Sequence record: ON529852.1
Strand: one strand, 5' to 3'
Length of the DNA: 64,000 bases
The notes under the pieces were generated by a model that searched no databases, was not told where the DNA came from, and saw only the letters and a program-made list of their open reading frames with translations. Numbering within the stretch: position 1 is the stretch's first letter; each line of letters opens with the position of its first letter. Positions 25,507 to 37,700 of the stretch are shown piece by piece. The translations under genes and the position numbers were made by a program.

Positions 25507-25686
25507 TCAAGAAGGACGGCGAATCTTTTTGGACCTTGCATGGGGTCGGTCTTCCTCGGCCTCAGGCTCGGCCGCGTCCCAGGCCATCCACAGGGCCGCG
25601 AGAAAAGCAGGCGGACCCATCAAGTCTTCCAACCGCTTCAAGGCCCGGTCGTTGGCCGCCAGGAAGGCGTCGCCGTATTCAAGCAT
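25507..25686 (-). CDS. Hypothetical protein (59 aa, MLEYGDAF..., absent from ORF track)
   Basis: GAGG SD, phage-like codon use. Confidence 0.6.
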   Translation of the reverse strand: MLEYGDAFLAANDRALKRLEDLMGPPAFLAALWMAWDAAEPEAEEDRPHARSKKIRRPS

Positions 25687-26136
25687 CGTGACCTCGGGAG
25701 ATTTCAGGGGGCCGGCTTTGGCGCGCGGCGTTTAACCGCCGGCGCCTAGACGGAGGCAGCGTGCCAGCCCTGCTCGACTGGCCCAGCCCCCTCAAGGCGA
25801 TGAGTGCCAGGAAAGGCGGCAATGGTCAAGGGGAAATGCGGTGGGTACAGCTTCAACCGGCCTTGCGGCCTGCGGGTCTTTCGGGCGTCCTGCCCACCGC
25901 GCCTACTACGACGCCTTTTTCGGCCCCGGCGCGCCGGAGAGAAAAAATCGACGGGTGACCGCTACCGGCCTCGCCTGCTGGCCCGTCCCAGCGCCTGACC
26001 TTCTCTTCGCGACGCCCTTGTGGGCGTTATGGCCTTCCCGTCCGAAGACAGACGCCGTGAAGGGTCAGCGGGACCGCATGATCGTCAGCCGCACGGCCAG
26101 CGCGGCGAGCGGATCAGAGGCCTGTCCCGGAAAGAA

Positions 26137-26210
26137 TGGAGCGACTGGTCGGAATCGAACCGACGTCCCCAGGGTGGAAACCTAGTGCTAAGCCTCTCAG
26201 CTACAGCCGC
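26137..26210 (-). tRNA. tRNA-Gly(TCC)
   Basis: CTAGG-TTTCCAC-CCTGG; U73; CCA. Confidence 0.92.
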
Positions 26211-26224
26211 AGTATAAAAGAGGG

Positions 26225-26300
26225 TGGAGCGACTCTCGGGACTCGAACCCGACCCTGCGCGTTGGCAACGCGTTGTACCCACCCATAATACGTGAGTCGC
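26225..26300 (-). tRNA. tRNA-Gly(GCC)
   Basis: CGCG-TTGCCAA-CGCG; CCA. Confidence 0.88.
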
Positions 26301-26313
26301 AGTGGTTAATAAA

Positions 26314-26395
26314 TGGCACGGGTGGAGGGATTCGAACCCCCGACGTATGCTGGTTTTGGAGACCAGTGCCTTGAGCCAGACTTGGCGACACCCGT
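26314..26395 (-). tRNA. tRNA-Trp(CCA)
   Basis: CTGGT-CTCCAAA-ACCAG; CCA. Confidence 0.92.
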
Positions 26396-26408
26396 GTAAA
26401 CTTGAAAG

Positions 26409-26933
26409 CTACTTATAACGCTCTTGAATGAACTTGACAACCCGCTGCGGCGTACTTTCGTCGGCGGTGGTGCGAAAATCGATCCGATCCCCCAGCAGGG
26501 CCAGCAGCTTCTGATCCACCTCCAGGGCTTCCGCCTCGTTGTGGTGGCGGCCGTAGGTCTGATAGGCGGACGCCGGGCGATCGAGCCAGACGTTGACGTT
26601 CTCGTAGGAATCGAAAAGGTCGAAGACCTCCTGATGGAACTCCGGCTGGGCGTAGTCGCCCTGGCCGTAGACGCAGCCCAACAGCAGGGGACTGTCGGTC
26701 AAAATCCAATCGACGTGACCGAGGAACCGTTTCAGCCGGGACGCCTGTTTCCAGGTGACGCGGCGCTGATCGGCCAAGGTCGCCCAGTCCTGACTGACGG
26801 AGCGCTCGGTGGCGTACTCCTCGACCTGGGCGGCGCGGTATCCGCCGATCTTCAGGTGAAAGAAGGTCCCGGCCTTGACCGTCGACTTACCGCCGCACGG
26901 GCCAGACCAGAAGTTCAGGACACGCGTCGTCAT
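26409..26933 (-). CDS. P-loop NTPase (AAA_28 / NadR-Ttd14-like)
   Basis: GPCGGKST Walker A; EEYA; ILTDSPLL. Confidence 0.8.
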   Translation of the reverse strand: MTTRVLNFWSGPCGGKSTVKAGTFFHLKIGGYRAAQVEEYATERSVSQDWATLADQRRVTWKQASRLKRFLGHVDWILTDSPLLLGCVYGQGDYAQPEFHQEVFDLFDSYENVNVWLDRPASAYQTYGRHHNEAEALEVDQKLLALLGDRIDFRTTADESTPQRVVKFIQERYK

Positions 26934-27001
26934 GCAGCAAACGGACTTTCAACCGGCTGAAGGGATTCAGATTGTGGGGGTGGCGCAATGCGCCGGCAGG
27001 T

Positions 27002-27301
27002 TTAGCTGCGCCAGCTTCCGTCGGCGTCGTCAACGACGTCCGGGGCATCCAGATCGGCTTCGACCGTCCGGCGCTGTCGACCTCGACCTCGTCCGCGCGG
27101 CGCCTCTTGGGCGTCTTCGGGCTCAGCCTGCACGATCAGGGCCTCGACGGCATCGACGACGATCTCAACCGGAGGGGCGACTTCGACACGGGTCCAGGGC
27201 GTGCGCGACCATCCGTGCTGAAGCACGAGGGAGCCGGCCTTCGCCGAGGGAACGTCGAAGGGTTCGCAAGTTTCCGGGTGATAAACGCGCTCGGTAGCCA
27301 T
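27002..27301 (-). CDS. Hypothetical protein (99 aa)
   Basis: Own TTGACA promoter near 27332-27337. Confidence 0.65.
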   Translation of the reverse strand: MATERVYHPETCEPFDVPSAKAGSLVLQHGWSRTPWTRVEVAPPVEIVVDAVEALIVQAEPEDAQEAPRGRGRGRQRRTVEADLDAPDVVDDADGSWRS

Positions 27302-27350
27302 AAGGAGGGACCTTATACGAACTCTGCGCGATTGTCAATTATTACGGCAG

Positions 27351-28136
27351 TCAGTCGAGCGCCCAGTTGAACCACACCGCCTTTTTCTCGCCCGGCGCCT
27401 CAGCGTATTCGGGCTCCAGCGGCGTGACGAAGTCGTTGAGGAAGACGCCGTTCAAGAAGTCGCCGGTTGCGCGGTGGCCGTGAATGAAGCGCGGCTCCCC
27501 GCCGGCGCCATAGGCGTCAAACCCCTGGCCGAGTCGCCAGCCGTTGATACGGCGAACCGTCCGCGCCTCCTGGGTCCACAGGTAAGCGCGATAGGCCCCG
27601 CGCCGCAGGCGCGTGTTGAGCGCGAGCCGCAGCATGACGCCGTTAAGCGGGGCCTCCTCGATATGCGAGAAGACGAGATGGTCGGCGGAATCGTAGAGAC
27701 CGATCCGCACGGCGCCTGCGCCCGCGCTCAGCCATACCCCCGCCTCGGTCAGCCGAATCGTGTCCGAGGCGACGTGGAAGGTCTCGAACAGGATCGTCTC
27801 GGCCGGCAAGTCGGCTTCTTCCGGTGCGCCATCGAACGCCAGTCCCGGCACCGCAAATCCCCCAGGAGGAGCGTCCACCGCCACGACCCCATCGACGACA
27901 GCCAGGGGCGCCAGGTCGGGGTCCCAGGTCAGGACGCCGGCTTTTCGCGACAGCGGCGCGCCTTGCGGCCCCGTCGCGGGGGCCACGCCGGAGGCGGCTG
28001 ACGGCAGATGGATGGATTCAGGACGGCCGTCGACGCGCAGGTGCAGCCTGCGGTCCGCCGTATTGTGCCCTACCTGCCCCGGCAGCAGGTGAGGTCGGGC
28101 GTTCGGCGTGGCCGAGTGTTTGTTCTGGATCGCCAT
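27351..28136 (-). CDS. Putative virion fibre/adhesin accessory protein (261 aa)
   Basis: N-terminal IQNKHSATPNARPHLLPGQVGHNTADRRL (Mtd_N-like); C-terminal beta domain like the C-terminus of the 3019-aa ORF. Confidence 0.55.
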   Translation of the reverse strand: MAIQNKHSATPNARPHLLPGQVGHNTADRRLHLRVDGRPESIHLPSAASGVAPATGPQGAPLSRKAGVLTWDPDLAPLAVVDGVVAVDAPPGGFAVPGLAFDGAPEEADLPAETILFETFHVASDTIRLTEAGVWLSAGAGAVRIGLYDSADHLVFSHIEEAPLNGVMLRLALNTRLRRGAYRAYLWTQEARTVRRINGWRLGQGFDAYGAGGEPRFIHGHRATGDFLNGVFLNDFVTPLEPEYAEAPGEKKAVWFNWALD

Positions 28137-28762
28137 CAGAGGAACCGCAGGGAAACAACGTGGTGTTGAGGAATGGACGACCAGGGCGACATGGTCTGGA
28201 CATGCTCCACAATCAGGTTCGACGTCGTGGGCGTCGTCTCGATCGTATAATGCCCCGGCTCCAGCCAGCGGTCGAAACCTGGCTCCAGGGTCATGGCGCC
28301 GTTGATCGCGAAGTCGTGCGTTTCGAGCAGGAGCCCTTTCACATCGAACAGACGCGCAGTGAGCGTGCCCGTGCCGCCGTTGCTGCGCAGCCGCATCGCG
28401 ATCAGTCGAGCCGGCTCGGCCAGAGCGATCGTCGTCGTGCGGACAATGCCGCCGAAGGGCAGGAAGCCGACCGCCACCGGCGCGCAGCCCGGCAGCACCC
28501 AGACCTTGCGGTCCATGGGACGCCCGCCGCCGCCTGCCTGAAGCGGGCCATGCTCGACGCCTTCGGGCGTCATCAGGCGGACGTCGTCGCCCCCCAGGGC
28601 GCGTTCCGGCAGAAGCGGCACGCTCATGTCAAAGGAGTCCTGACCGACGCCCAGGATGCGCGCTTCTCGGTCAATCGTCAGTTCGCCCGGCGCGCGAGGC
28701 TCGACCGGGCTCACCTCGAACGGCGTGAGGTAGATGGTATCAGGCATCAGGCGGTCGCCCAC
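28136..28762 (-). CDS. Putative virion fibre accessory protein (about 203-208 aa)
   Basis: Coupled to both neighbours; similar C-terminal beta domain. Confidence 0.5.
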   Translation of the reverse strand: MGDRLMPDTIYLTPFEVSPVEPRAPGELTIDREARILGVGQDSFDMSVPLLPERALGGDDVRLMTPEGVEHGPLQAGGGGRPMDRKVWVLPGCAPVAVGFLPFGGIVRTTTIALAEPARLIAMRLRSNGGTGTLTARLFDVKGLLLETHDFAINGAMTLEPGFDRWLEPGHYTIETTPTTSNLIVEHVQTMSPWSSIPQHHVVSLRFL

Positions 28763-31700
28763 ACATAGGCCAGAGCCGACGCCTCGCGGGAGGTCGGCGT
28801 CGGCGCGTCCAACAAGGAGCCCGTATCGGGCGCGGCGGGATCACCCACCATCGTCATATCAGCGGCGAAGGCCGTCGGGCCGCGTCGGGCCGACAGCGTG
28901 GGAGCGGCGCCGGTGACGGCGATCATGGCGGCGTGCCACCCTGCTTCCAGCACCACGTCCTGGTCCACGGACTTCGGTCCGGTAGGTCCGGAGGCCGACA
29001 CCTGCACGCTCACGGCGACATCGCCGGGCATTTGAAGCGCCTGGTCCCAACGACAGACGCCGAACCGGATCGTGCCGGCCGACGCCGCAGTGATCGTGAC
29101 GCCGAAACGGGTGAACCGGGTCGTGCGCGGCAGGAAGAACGGACGATAGACCACCTTGCCGACGGGCGGCTGGTTGGCCGAAGCGTCCATGCCGAAGTCG
29201 GTCAGATAGCGATCGCCCGCGCGCGCCGGCAACAGCACCGGCGCATCGTAGACGGGGTCCGGCGCGCGCCAGGTTCCGTCCGCATAGAGGATGTCCCCAG
29301 GCTCGCCGCCCTCGGGAGCCACGCCGCCCAACGCGATACGGCCCAGGGGCCGCGCCTGCATGACGCCGTAACCGTCGGTCGCGAAGAGGAGACCATCCGT
29401 CTCGTTCAGCGCAATTTCCAGCGGCTCAAGCGCGATGGGGACATTGCCGCGCACCAGGGTGCGCTTGTAGCGGATGACCACGCCGCCCGACCCCGAGACG
29501 TGCACCCCGTCATCATCTTCGACATAGCCTTCGACCGGTTGGAGATAGACCGTCGGCAAGGGCGCCGACGCCGAGGTTCCGCCCGCGCCTTCCGATTCCG
29601 GCGGAGAGACGAGGATGACGGAATCACTCAGGTCGCCGTCGACGACCGCCGCCGTCAGTTCGGCGGCGAAACCGCGCGGCGGCGTCACGTAGATGCGGTC
29701 GAAGTAGTTGATGCGGACGGTGGCGCTGCGGCTGAACGAGGCCAGCGGCGTGCCGACCAGGATCAGACCGAGGTCGCGAGACACGCTCGCGGTCACTTCG
29801 ACCAGGGGGTCTCCGTTCATGCCGACCGCGATCGTGACGAGAGGACCGCCCTGAGGCCCCGCACTGACGATGGCGTTGGCCGCGCCCGTCGCGTCGCCCG
29901 TGGCGAAGGCGATCGTGATGTCGTTCTCGAACGGCTCGGTGGTGTAAGGAATGGGCAGTTCGCCCAACCCTGCCAGCGGCACGATCTGAACCGGCGCGCC
30001 GAAATCGCCGTCGGCCGTTTCATCGGGGCCGTTCAGGTCGCCCTGCGGCGCCTGGAGCGTAACCACGCCCAGGAACTGGCCGGGCTGAGGCGCCCAACCG
30101 GCGTCGCCCTCGGCGAAGCCTTCAGGCGCCGTCAGCGGGATGACGCTGTCGATCTCGCCGATCCACATGTCGGCGACGCCCATCTCGCCCTCAATCCCGG
30201 AGACACCGATGACCAGGGGATCGAACATCTCGAAGCCGTTGCCGAGAATGTAATTCATCGGCTGGAGCGTGACCGTCAGGGTCTGATCCAGCTTGAGATC
30301 GACGCCGGCCTCCAGGCCCACGGACGGCGGGAAGGGATAGGCGAGGTCCTCGCCGATCCCCGTCACCACCAGGGCGTCGTTCTGAGGCTGACCGCCCAGA
30401 TCACCCGAGACGTAGATGGTCGGCAAATAGGCGCCGATGCCGCCTGCGGCCTTGGCCTGCGGGTCCATCATCAGGATGGATTCGCCCAGGTCACCCGAAC
30501 CTTGAGCGCCCATGGCGATGGCGCCGACCGGCGGAACGACGGTGACGACCGGCAAGGAACCGACCGCGTCTCCGGCTTTCGACCCCTCGCCCGATCCCGA
30601 CGCCGAGGTCACCAGAACCGTGCCGATCTGCGTGACGTTGAACGTCACCGGGATGGACAGTTCACCCTCGAACACCGACAGAGCGGCCAGGCCAGGCCCG
30701 CCCGCCATGCCGGGCACGATGGCGAAGTTGGGCACCCCGCCCAGGCCGACGCCGGACTGATACACCGGATTGGTGGTCCCAGCAGGCGTGCCCGTCGCGG
30801 ACGTCTCCGTGACCCCCTCCAAGAGGAGGTCGCCCAGGAAGCCGGAGCCGCCGCCGGCTGATCCCGACGTCGATCCGCTGTTGAGCGCGCCGCCGCCGCC
30901 GCCGTAGTAGCCGCCGCCGCCGCCTGCGCCGGTCGCACCCACGCCGCTCGCACCCACGACGCTTTCGCTGCCGTCGATCTGGAACCCGTCGCCGCCGCGA
31001 AGATAGGCCCCGTTGCCGTTGCCGTTGGTGTTCGACGCGCCTACGCCGCCCGTTGACTGCGTGCCGCCCGTGCCCATGCCTTGCGCCGTGCCGACGCCGT
31101 TGCCGCCGGACAGGCCGCCACCGAAACCGCCGCGACGGGCCGCCGTCGCCGCCCCCGCGCCGCCTCCGCCGACGACCGCCACCAAGACGCCATTACGCCA
31201 GACGCGGGTCGAGCCGCCGCCCGCACCGCCGCCGTAGGTTCCCGGTCCGCCGCCGCCGCCGTCGGGCCAACCGCCCAGGCTGCCCGTGAAGTTGCCAGGC
31301 GAAGAGCCGCCTTGGCCCACTTCAATGCGAATGAGGTCGCCCGGCTGGAACATGACGACGCCGGTCAAGTGACCGCCCGCGCCGCCGATCGAGTCCTGGG
31401 CGATCGTGTTGGTGTAAAGCTGCGAGCCTGCGCCGCCGCCGCCCCACAGGTTCAGATTGACGCCGCCGCTGAAGGTGGTGATGAAATCACGGGGACCATA
31501 AACGTCACCCAGCAGCGAGAGCGCGCCTTCCGGCAACGGCGCGATCGATGCGCCGGGCGTAAAGTCGAGAACCGCCCGGCCGTCGCCGCCAGGAAGGATC
31601 GCCGCCTTCGTCGCCTGAACGCCGCCCACGCCCACGCCCGCCGCATAATCAGCGTCGCCCGTCGCCGGGGGATTGGCTCCGACGCCGCTCGCGAGGCGGT

Positions 31701-34700
31701 AGTTGAGCGCCAAGGGGCCGCCGTAGCTGGAACCGCCGCCGGCGCCCCCGGCCGAGGTCGCCGCCAGATTGGTGCCAGCGGCTCCGCCGTAATAGCCGCC
31801 GCCGCCGCCCGGACCTGCGTTAAGGCCTGCGGCCGTATCAGGGGTCGATCCATCCGGATAGCCCTGCCCGCCCGACAGATATGCGCCGGACGAAATCGAG
31901 CCCACCGCCCGCCCGCGCAGAAGCCCGCCACGATAATCTCGGCCGCCGTTGCCGACGGTGGTCGCCGGACCCGCGCCGGGAAGGCCGATACGACCGCCGG
32001 CCGCACCGCCGTCGCCCGGCACAGCAGCCGAATACCAGCTATTGGCTCCGCCGCCGCCGCCTGCGACGAGTTGCAGCACGCCGTTGATCCAGACCCGCGA
32101 GGAGCCGCCGCCCGAGCCCGCCAGGCTGGTGCCGGCGGCTTCATACTTGCCGCCCCGTCCGCCGTCGGGCCAGCCGCCAAGGCCAGAGACCGTATCCGTG
32201 GGCGCCGGGACGCCGCCGCCCGAGGCGACATCCACACGGACCACGTCGCCCGGCTTGACCAGGAACTCCGCGAGGCTGAAGGCGCCCGCACCGGCGACCG
32301 AGGGCGTGGTCACCGAGGGGCGAACGGCGGCGGAGCCGCCAGCGCCCCACAGCTTGACCTTGAGGAGACCGGCGGTGGTGACGTTGAACAGGCGTTCAGA
32401 ACGGTTCGAACCATACGCGGTCTTGCCGGTCGGCAGATCGACCGGAACCAGGTAGTTGAGGATCGCGAGACCGTCGCCGCCAGGCGCGGGGTTCTGCGCC
32501 AGCGTGGACGTTCCGGCGGAGCCCTGGGCCGTGCCCAGCACGAAGCCCGGCACGGCGGTTCCGCCCAGGCCGACGACGCTTTCGCCGTTGGCGGGCGTCA
32601 GGTGAGAGCCGCCCCCAGCCGAGCCGGCGGCCGTCGCCGCATTCAAGGAGGAGCCGCCGCCGCCGCCGTAGTAGCCGCCGCCGCCGCCCGGACCCATGCC
32701 CAGGCCGATGCCGTTAGAGCCGAGGCTGTATCGGGCGTTGCCGACGCCGAAGCCGTTGCCGCCCCGGAGGCTGGAGCCTGCGTAGGTGGTGTCGGTCGGA
32801 TAACCCGTGTTGACGCCGCCGGAGACCTGAGTGCCGCCGGTTCCGGGCTTCAGATTGGCGTTGCTCGCCGGTCCGCCGTCCGCGCCGCCGCCGGCGCCGC
32901 CAGCCACTGCGACACTGGAGCCGCCGCCACCGCCGCCACCGCCGCCGGCCACCATGACCAGGACGTCGTTCTTGTAAAGCCGCGTGGAGCCGCCGCCGCC
33001 GCCGTAACCCGTCAGGGCGGAGATGCGCGCGCCGTCGCCGCCGTCGGGCCAACCGCCTTGACCGCCGCCCGACGTCGCGAAGGGACGACCGCCTTGTCCG
33101 ACTTCAACCCGCAGCGTGTCGCCGGGCACGACTTCAATGGCGGCGCGCGTGTAGCCTCCGTCGCCGCCAGGGCGGAAGGTGCCGACCGTCGCGCCGGAGC
33201 CGGCGCCGCCCCACAGGTTGACGTTGACCGTCCCCTTCTGGGAGATGGTGATGGTCCGGGCCGTCGCCGTGTGGCCGAAGACGTTGTTGCCCAGAACCAG
33301 GGTCGTCGGCTGGAGCGGGATCGCCGCCGGGGTCTCATCAAAGCGGATGAAGACCTGACCATCGCCGCCCTCAGTCACCCAGGGCTGGGTCAGCGTCGCC
33401 GATGCGCTGGCCGGACGCGCAACGCCCGAGACGTATTCCGGCAGGTCCGCGCTGGGAGGGGTGAACCCGCTGCCGGCCGCATTGGTGCCGTTGAGCGGGG
33501 TCAGCGACGAGCCGCCGCCCGCACCGCCCGCACCCGTGACGGCGCCTGCGACCGTGTCGCAGCCGCCGGCTCCGCCGTAATAGCCGCCGCCGCCGCCGGG
33601 GCCGGTGCCCTCGCCGACCGAAGCGTTGGAGCCCCCGACCGGATAGCCGTGACCGCCCTTCAGGTAGTCGCCGGCGTAGGAGGCGTCCGTCGTGTAAAGC
33701 TTGTTGACGCCGCCCGCCGTCTGCGTGCCGCCGCCACCGACGGCGAAGTTGGCGTTGGAGGCCGGAGCACCATCCTGACCCGTCTCGCCGCCGCCTGCGC
33801 CGCCCTGGGCCGTATTGATGCCCGCGCCGCCCGCACCGCCGCCGGCGGCGACCGCCAGCAGACTGCTGTTGAGATAGACGCGGGTCGAGCCGCCGCCGCC
33901 GCCCCAACCGATCGCCGCCGAGCCCATGCCGCCGTTGCCGCCGTCGGGCCAGCCGCCCAGGCCGCCGGTCGTTGCCGTGGGGCCTCGACCGCCCTGCGCC
34001 ACCTGGAAGCTGAGCGTGTCGCCGGGCACGACGTCGCGCGTGAACGAGACCATGCCGGCCGCGCCGCCGTTGGCGAGCGTTCCCGTGCCCGCGACGCCGC
34101 CGGCGCCGCCGCCCCAGGCGCGGACCGTCACCTTGCCAGGCTTGGTGGCGACCCAGGTCTGATTGACGGCTCCGGCGTAAAGCAGGGTCCGTTCAGGTGC
34201 GACCGTTTGCTGCGCGACCAGTGCCAGGACCGCAAGACCATTGCCGCCGTGCGTCGTCGACGAGAGGTTGGACGTGCCGTTGCCGCTGGCCGCGACGCCG
34301 GCGACGTAGTCGGGGTCCGAAACGTTCGGAACGCCGTTGGAACCCGTGTTGTTCGCGGCTCCTGCCTCGGTTCCACCGGCCTTGCCGTTGTTCCAGCGCC
34401 GCGTGTAGCCGTCGTAGCCCGCATGGATGTAACTGGAGCCGCCGCCGGAGCCCGCGCCCGATCCACCCGAACCGCCGCCATAGTAACCGCCGCCGCCGCC
34501 GCCGCCGTTGCGCGTGTCCGCCGTGGTCCGGTTTTGCCCGACGCCGTATCCGTGACCGCCGCGCAGCAGGCCGCCCGTCGCGGCCGCATCACCGTAGCGA
34601 CCGACCGCATAGCCGCCCGCCGCCTGGGTGCCGCCCGCGCCGTAGTTGCTGCTGCCGCCGTGTTCGCCGTAGTAGTAGCCGCCGGAGCCGCTGAAGAAGG

Positions 34701-37700
34701 CGCCGCCGACGCCGCCGCCCGCACCAGCGACCGCGACCAGAACGTCGTTGACGTAGATGCGCGTCGAGCCGCCGCCGCCGCCACCGCAATAGGTCGAGGA
34801 GGCGTAGCCGCCGTCGCCGCCGTCGGGCCAGCCGCCGAGGCCGCCTTCGGTGGTCACCGACGGCTTGCGCCCGCCTTGCCCGACTTCAACCCGGACCGTG
34901 TCGTTGGCCTTGACGGGGATGGCGACATGCGTGAAGCCGCCCGCGCCCGCATAGCGCGTGCCGGAGTTGGCGTAGCCGCCGGCTCCGCCGCCGCCCCACA
35001 ACTTGGCCTCCAGAATGCTGTCGGCCGCGACCTTGTATTCAACCGGCGCGCCCCGGAAGGCGAGCGAAATCTTGGAGGGGAGTTCCGGCGTAGCGGCCGG
35101 AGGGCCGAGGTCGAGAACCGCGCGGCCGTTGCCGCCGGGCAGAGCCTGGTCAGTGGGTCCGCCCTGGACGGAGCCGGCCGCGACGCCCGTGACGTAGTCC
35201 GGGTCCAGCGCCCGAGGGGGGTTCTGGGCCAGGCCCATCTCGGTGACGCCGTTATCGACAGCCGGGTGCAGGAAGGACGAGCCGCCGCCCGCGCCGCTGG
35301 AGGTCGAGGACGCCAGGCCAGACGAACCGCCGCCGCCGTAGTAGCCGCCGCCGCCGCCCGCGCCGACGGTGCCCGAGGCGTTGGAGACTTCGACCGGCAC
35401 TGAGGTGCTGCCGCCCGAGCCGCCCCGGAGGTATCCGCCCGAAGAGACCGCATCAGCCCCCCGCGCCATGCAGACGCCGCCGGCCGTCTGTGATCCGCCC
35501 GTTCCACGCACGCCGCCGGCCTCATCGCCGTCGGCCCCCGTCAGGCCGCCGCCCGCGCCGCCGTAACCGCGCGAGGCGGTCGTATTCTCGTGGACGTTGC
35601 CGCCGCCGCCGCCGGCCGCGACCGCCACCAGGGCGCCGTTCTTGTAGATGCGCGTGGAGCCGCCGCCCGCGCCCGCAGACCGCGAGGTGGCGAAGAACCC
35701 GCCAGGGCCGCCATCAGGCCAGCCGCCGACCGACGGCCCGGAACCGATGGCCCCCGTGTTGGCGCCGCCCGCGCCGACTTCCACCGTCAGGATGTCGCCG
35801 GCCTTAAACCGAATCACGCCCGACACGAAGCCGCCAGGGCCGCCGTAACTCAGCGGTCGGGTAGCGACAATCGACGCCCCGGAGCCCCCGCCGCCCCACA
35901 GTTTGAACGCGAGGTCCGAGGTCTCGGTGACCTCGTAGGATTTGGCGAAGCCTTCAAAGGGCAGCACGAACTTGCCGCGCCCCACGGGGGTCGGCGGATC
36001 GATCGCCATGACGACCACGCGGCCGTCGCCGCCGGGGACGCCGACGCCGCGATTGCTGCCGAATGCGGCGCGACCGGCCGCCTTGCCGCCGCGATCCGAA
36101 TCCGAAGCCGCGCCAGGCGCGCCCGTCGTGATGACGCCCGTTTCCGTCAGGCCGTCGACCACGGAGGGATGAATATAGGAAGAGCCGCCGCCCGCGCCGC
36201 CGCCGGGGATGAAGGTGCCGGTGCTGGCGCTGCCCGAGCCGCCGTAGTAGCCGCCGCCGCCGCCCGCGCCGGAGTTGACGGAGTTCGAGGAAATCGTCTC
36301 CCCTACGGTCGAGTCGTAGCCGTCGCCGCCGCGTGCGCCGACGCCGTTGAACGCCGGTTTGAACGGGCTGACCCCAGGTCCGGTTTGCGAGCCGCCGATG
36401 CCGCGATAGGAATCGTTGGTGTAGTCAAGCGTGGCGTTGTTGGCTGCGTAGCCGTTCTGCCCGATCAGCCCGCCGCCGGGGCCGCCGTAGCCGCCGCTGG
36501 CGTAGCCCATGCCGGAGCCGCCGCCGCCGCCCGCGACCAGCATGATGACGCCGTTGACCTTGACGATCGTCGCGCCGCCGCCGCCGCCGAGTTGCCCGAC
36601 GGTGAAATACTTGGCGCCGTTGCCGCCGTTCGGCCAGCCGCCAAAGCCGCCGCGCTCGGAACCGGTGCGGCCGTCGCCACCCTGCCCGCCCTGGGCGACG
36701 GAAATCTCGACCAGGTCGCCCGTGACAAGCGCGATCTTACCACGCACGAAGCCGCCGCCGCCCGACGCGCCGCCGAGCGCTGCGCTGCCGTCCGAACGGT
36801 GAGCCGGCGCACCGGCGCCGCCCCAGGCCTTGATGTCGAGCGTGGTGTTGCGGTCCGCCACGAAGGACTTGACCGCGCCCGTGAAGTCCAGGGTGGTCTT
36901 GCCCGGCGGAATCGGCGGGATGACCACGGCCGCGATGGTGAGCACCGCCAGGCCGTTGCCGCCAGGCAGCGCCATGACGCCCGTCGAGCCGTTGTCCGCG
37001 CCAACGGCGACGCCCGCGACGTAATCCGCATCATCCGTCTTGGGCGCAGTCTTGCCCGCGCCGGCGACGTTGAGCGGGGTCGCGACCGTCGCGTGGAGGA
37101 AGGATGAGCCGCCCCCGGCGCCCGAGGACAGGTTGGTGGTCCACTGACCGGCGCCGGCGCCGCCGCCATAGTAGCCGCCGCCGCCGCCGCCGCCGTTGCG
37201 GTTGTCGGCGTTGGCGACGAATCCGGAGCCGCCGCGCAGAGAACCGCCCTGCTTGGCGGGCATATTGCTGGGATTGGAGAAGCCGCCGGCCGACTGCGTG
37301 CCGCCAAGGCCGGCCCAACCCGCCTGGCCGAAGCCGTCTTGACCCACGAGGCCGCCGCCAGCGCCGGAGTAACCCAGGGCCACCGTCGTGCCGGTCTCGT
37401 TGTGGTTGGCCCCGCCGCCGCCGCCCGCAACCGCGACGAGGACATTGTTCACATAGAGGCGCGTGGAGCCGCCGCCGCCGCCTGCGGCGCGAATAGTGAA
37501 AGCGTATCCGCCCACGCCGCCGTCGGGCCAACCGCCGGGGGAGACCGCAGCGCCCGTGAGAGGATCAGTCCGCCCGCCGCCGCCGACTTCGATCTTGATC
37601 GTGTCGCCCGCCGCCACCACGACCTCGCCCGACACAAAGCCGCCGGCGCCGCCGTAGCCGACGCGAGGCGCGATGTTGGAGGCGTTGGAGCCGCCGCCGG

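Noticed and set aside
26137-26408. Leader/attenuator for the Trp-Gly-Gly tRNAs
   Set aside because: These follow the NTPase stop codon directly, with no leader ORF or terminator visible.
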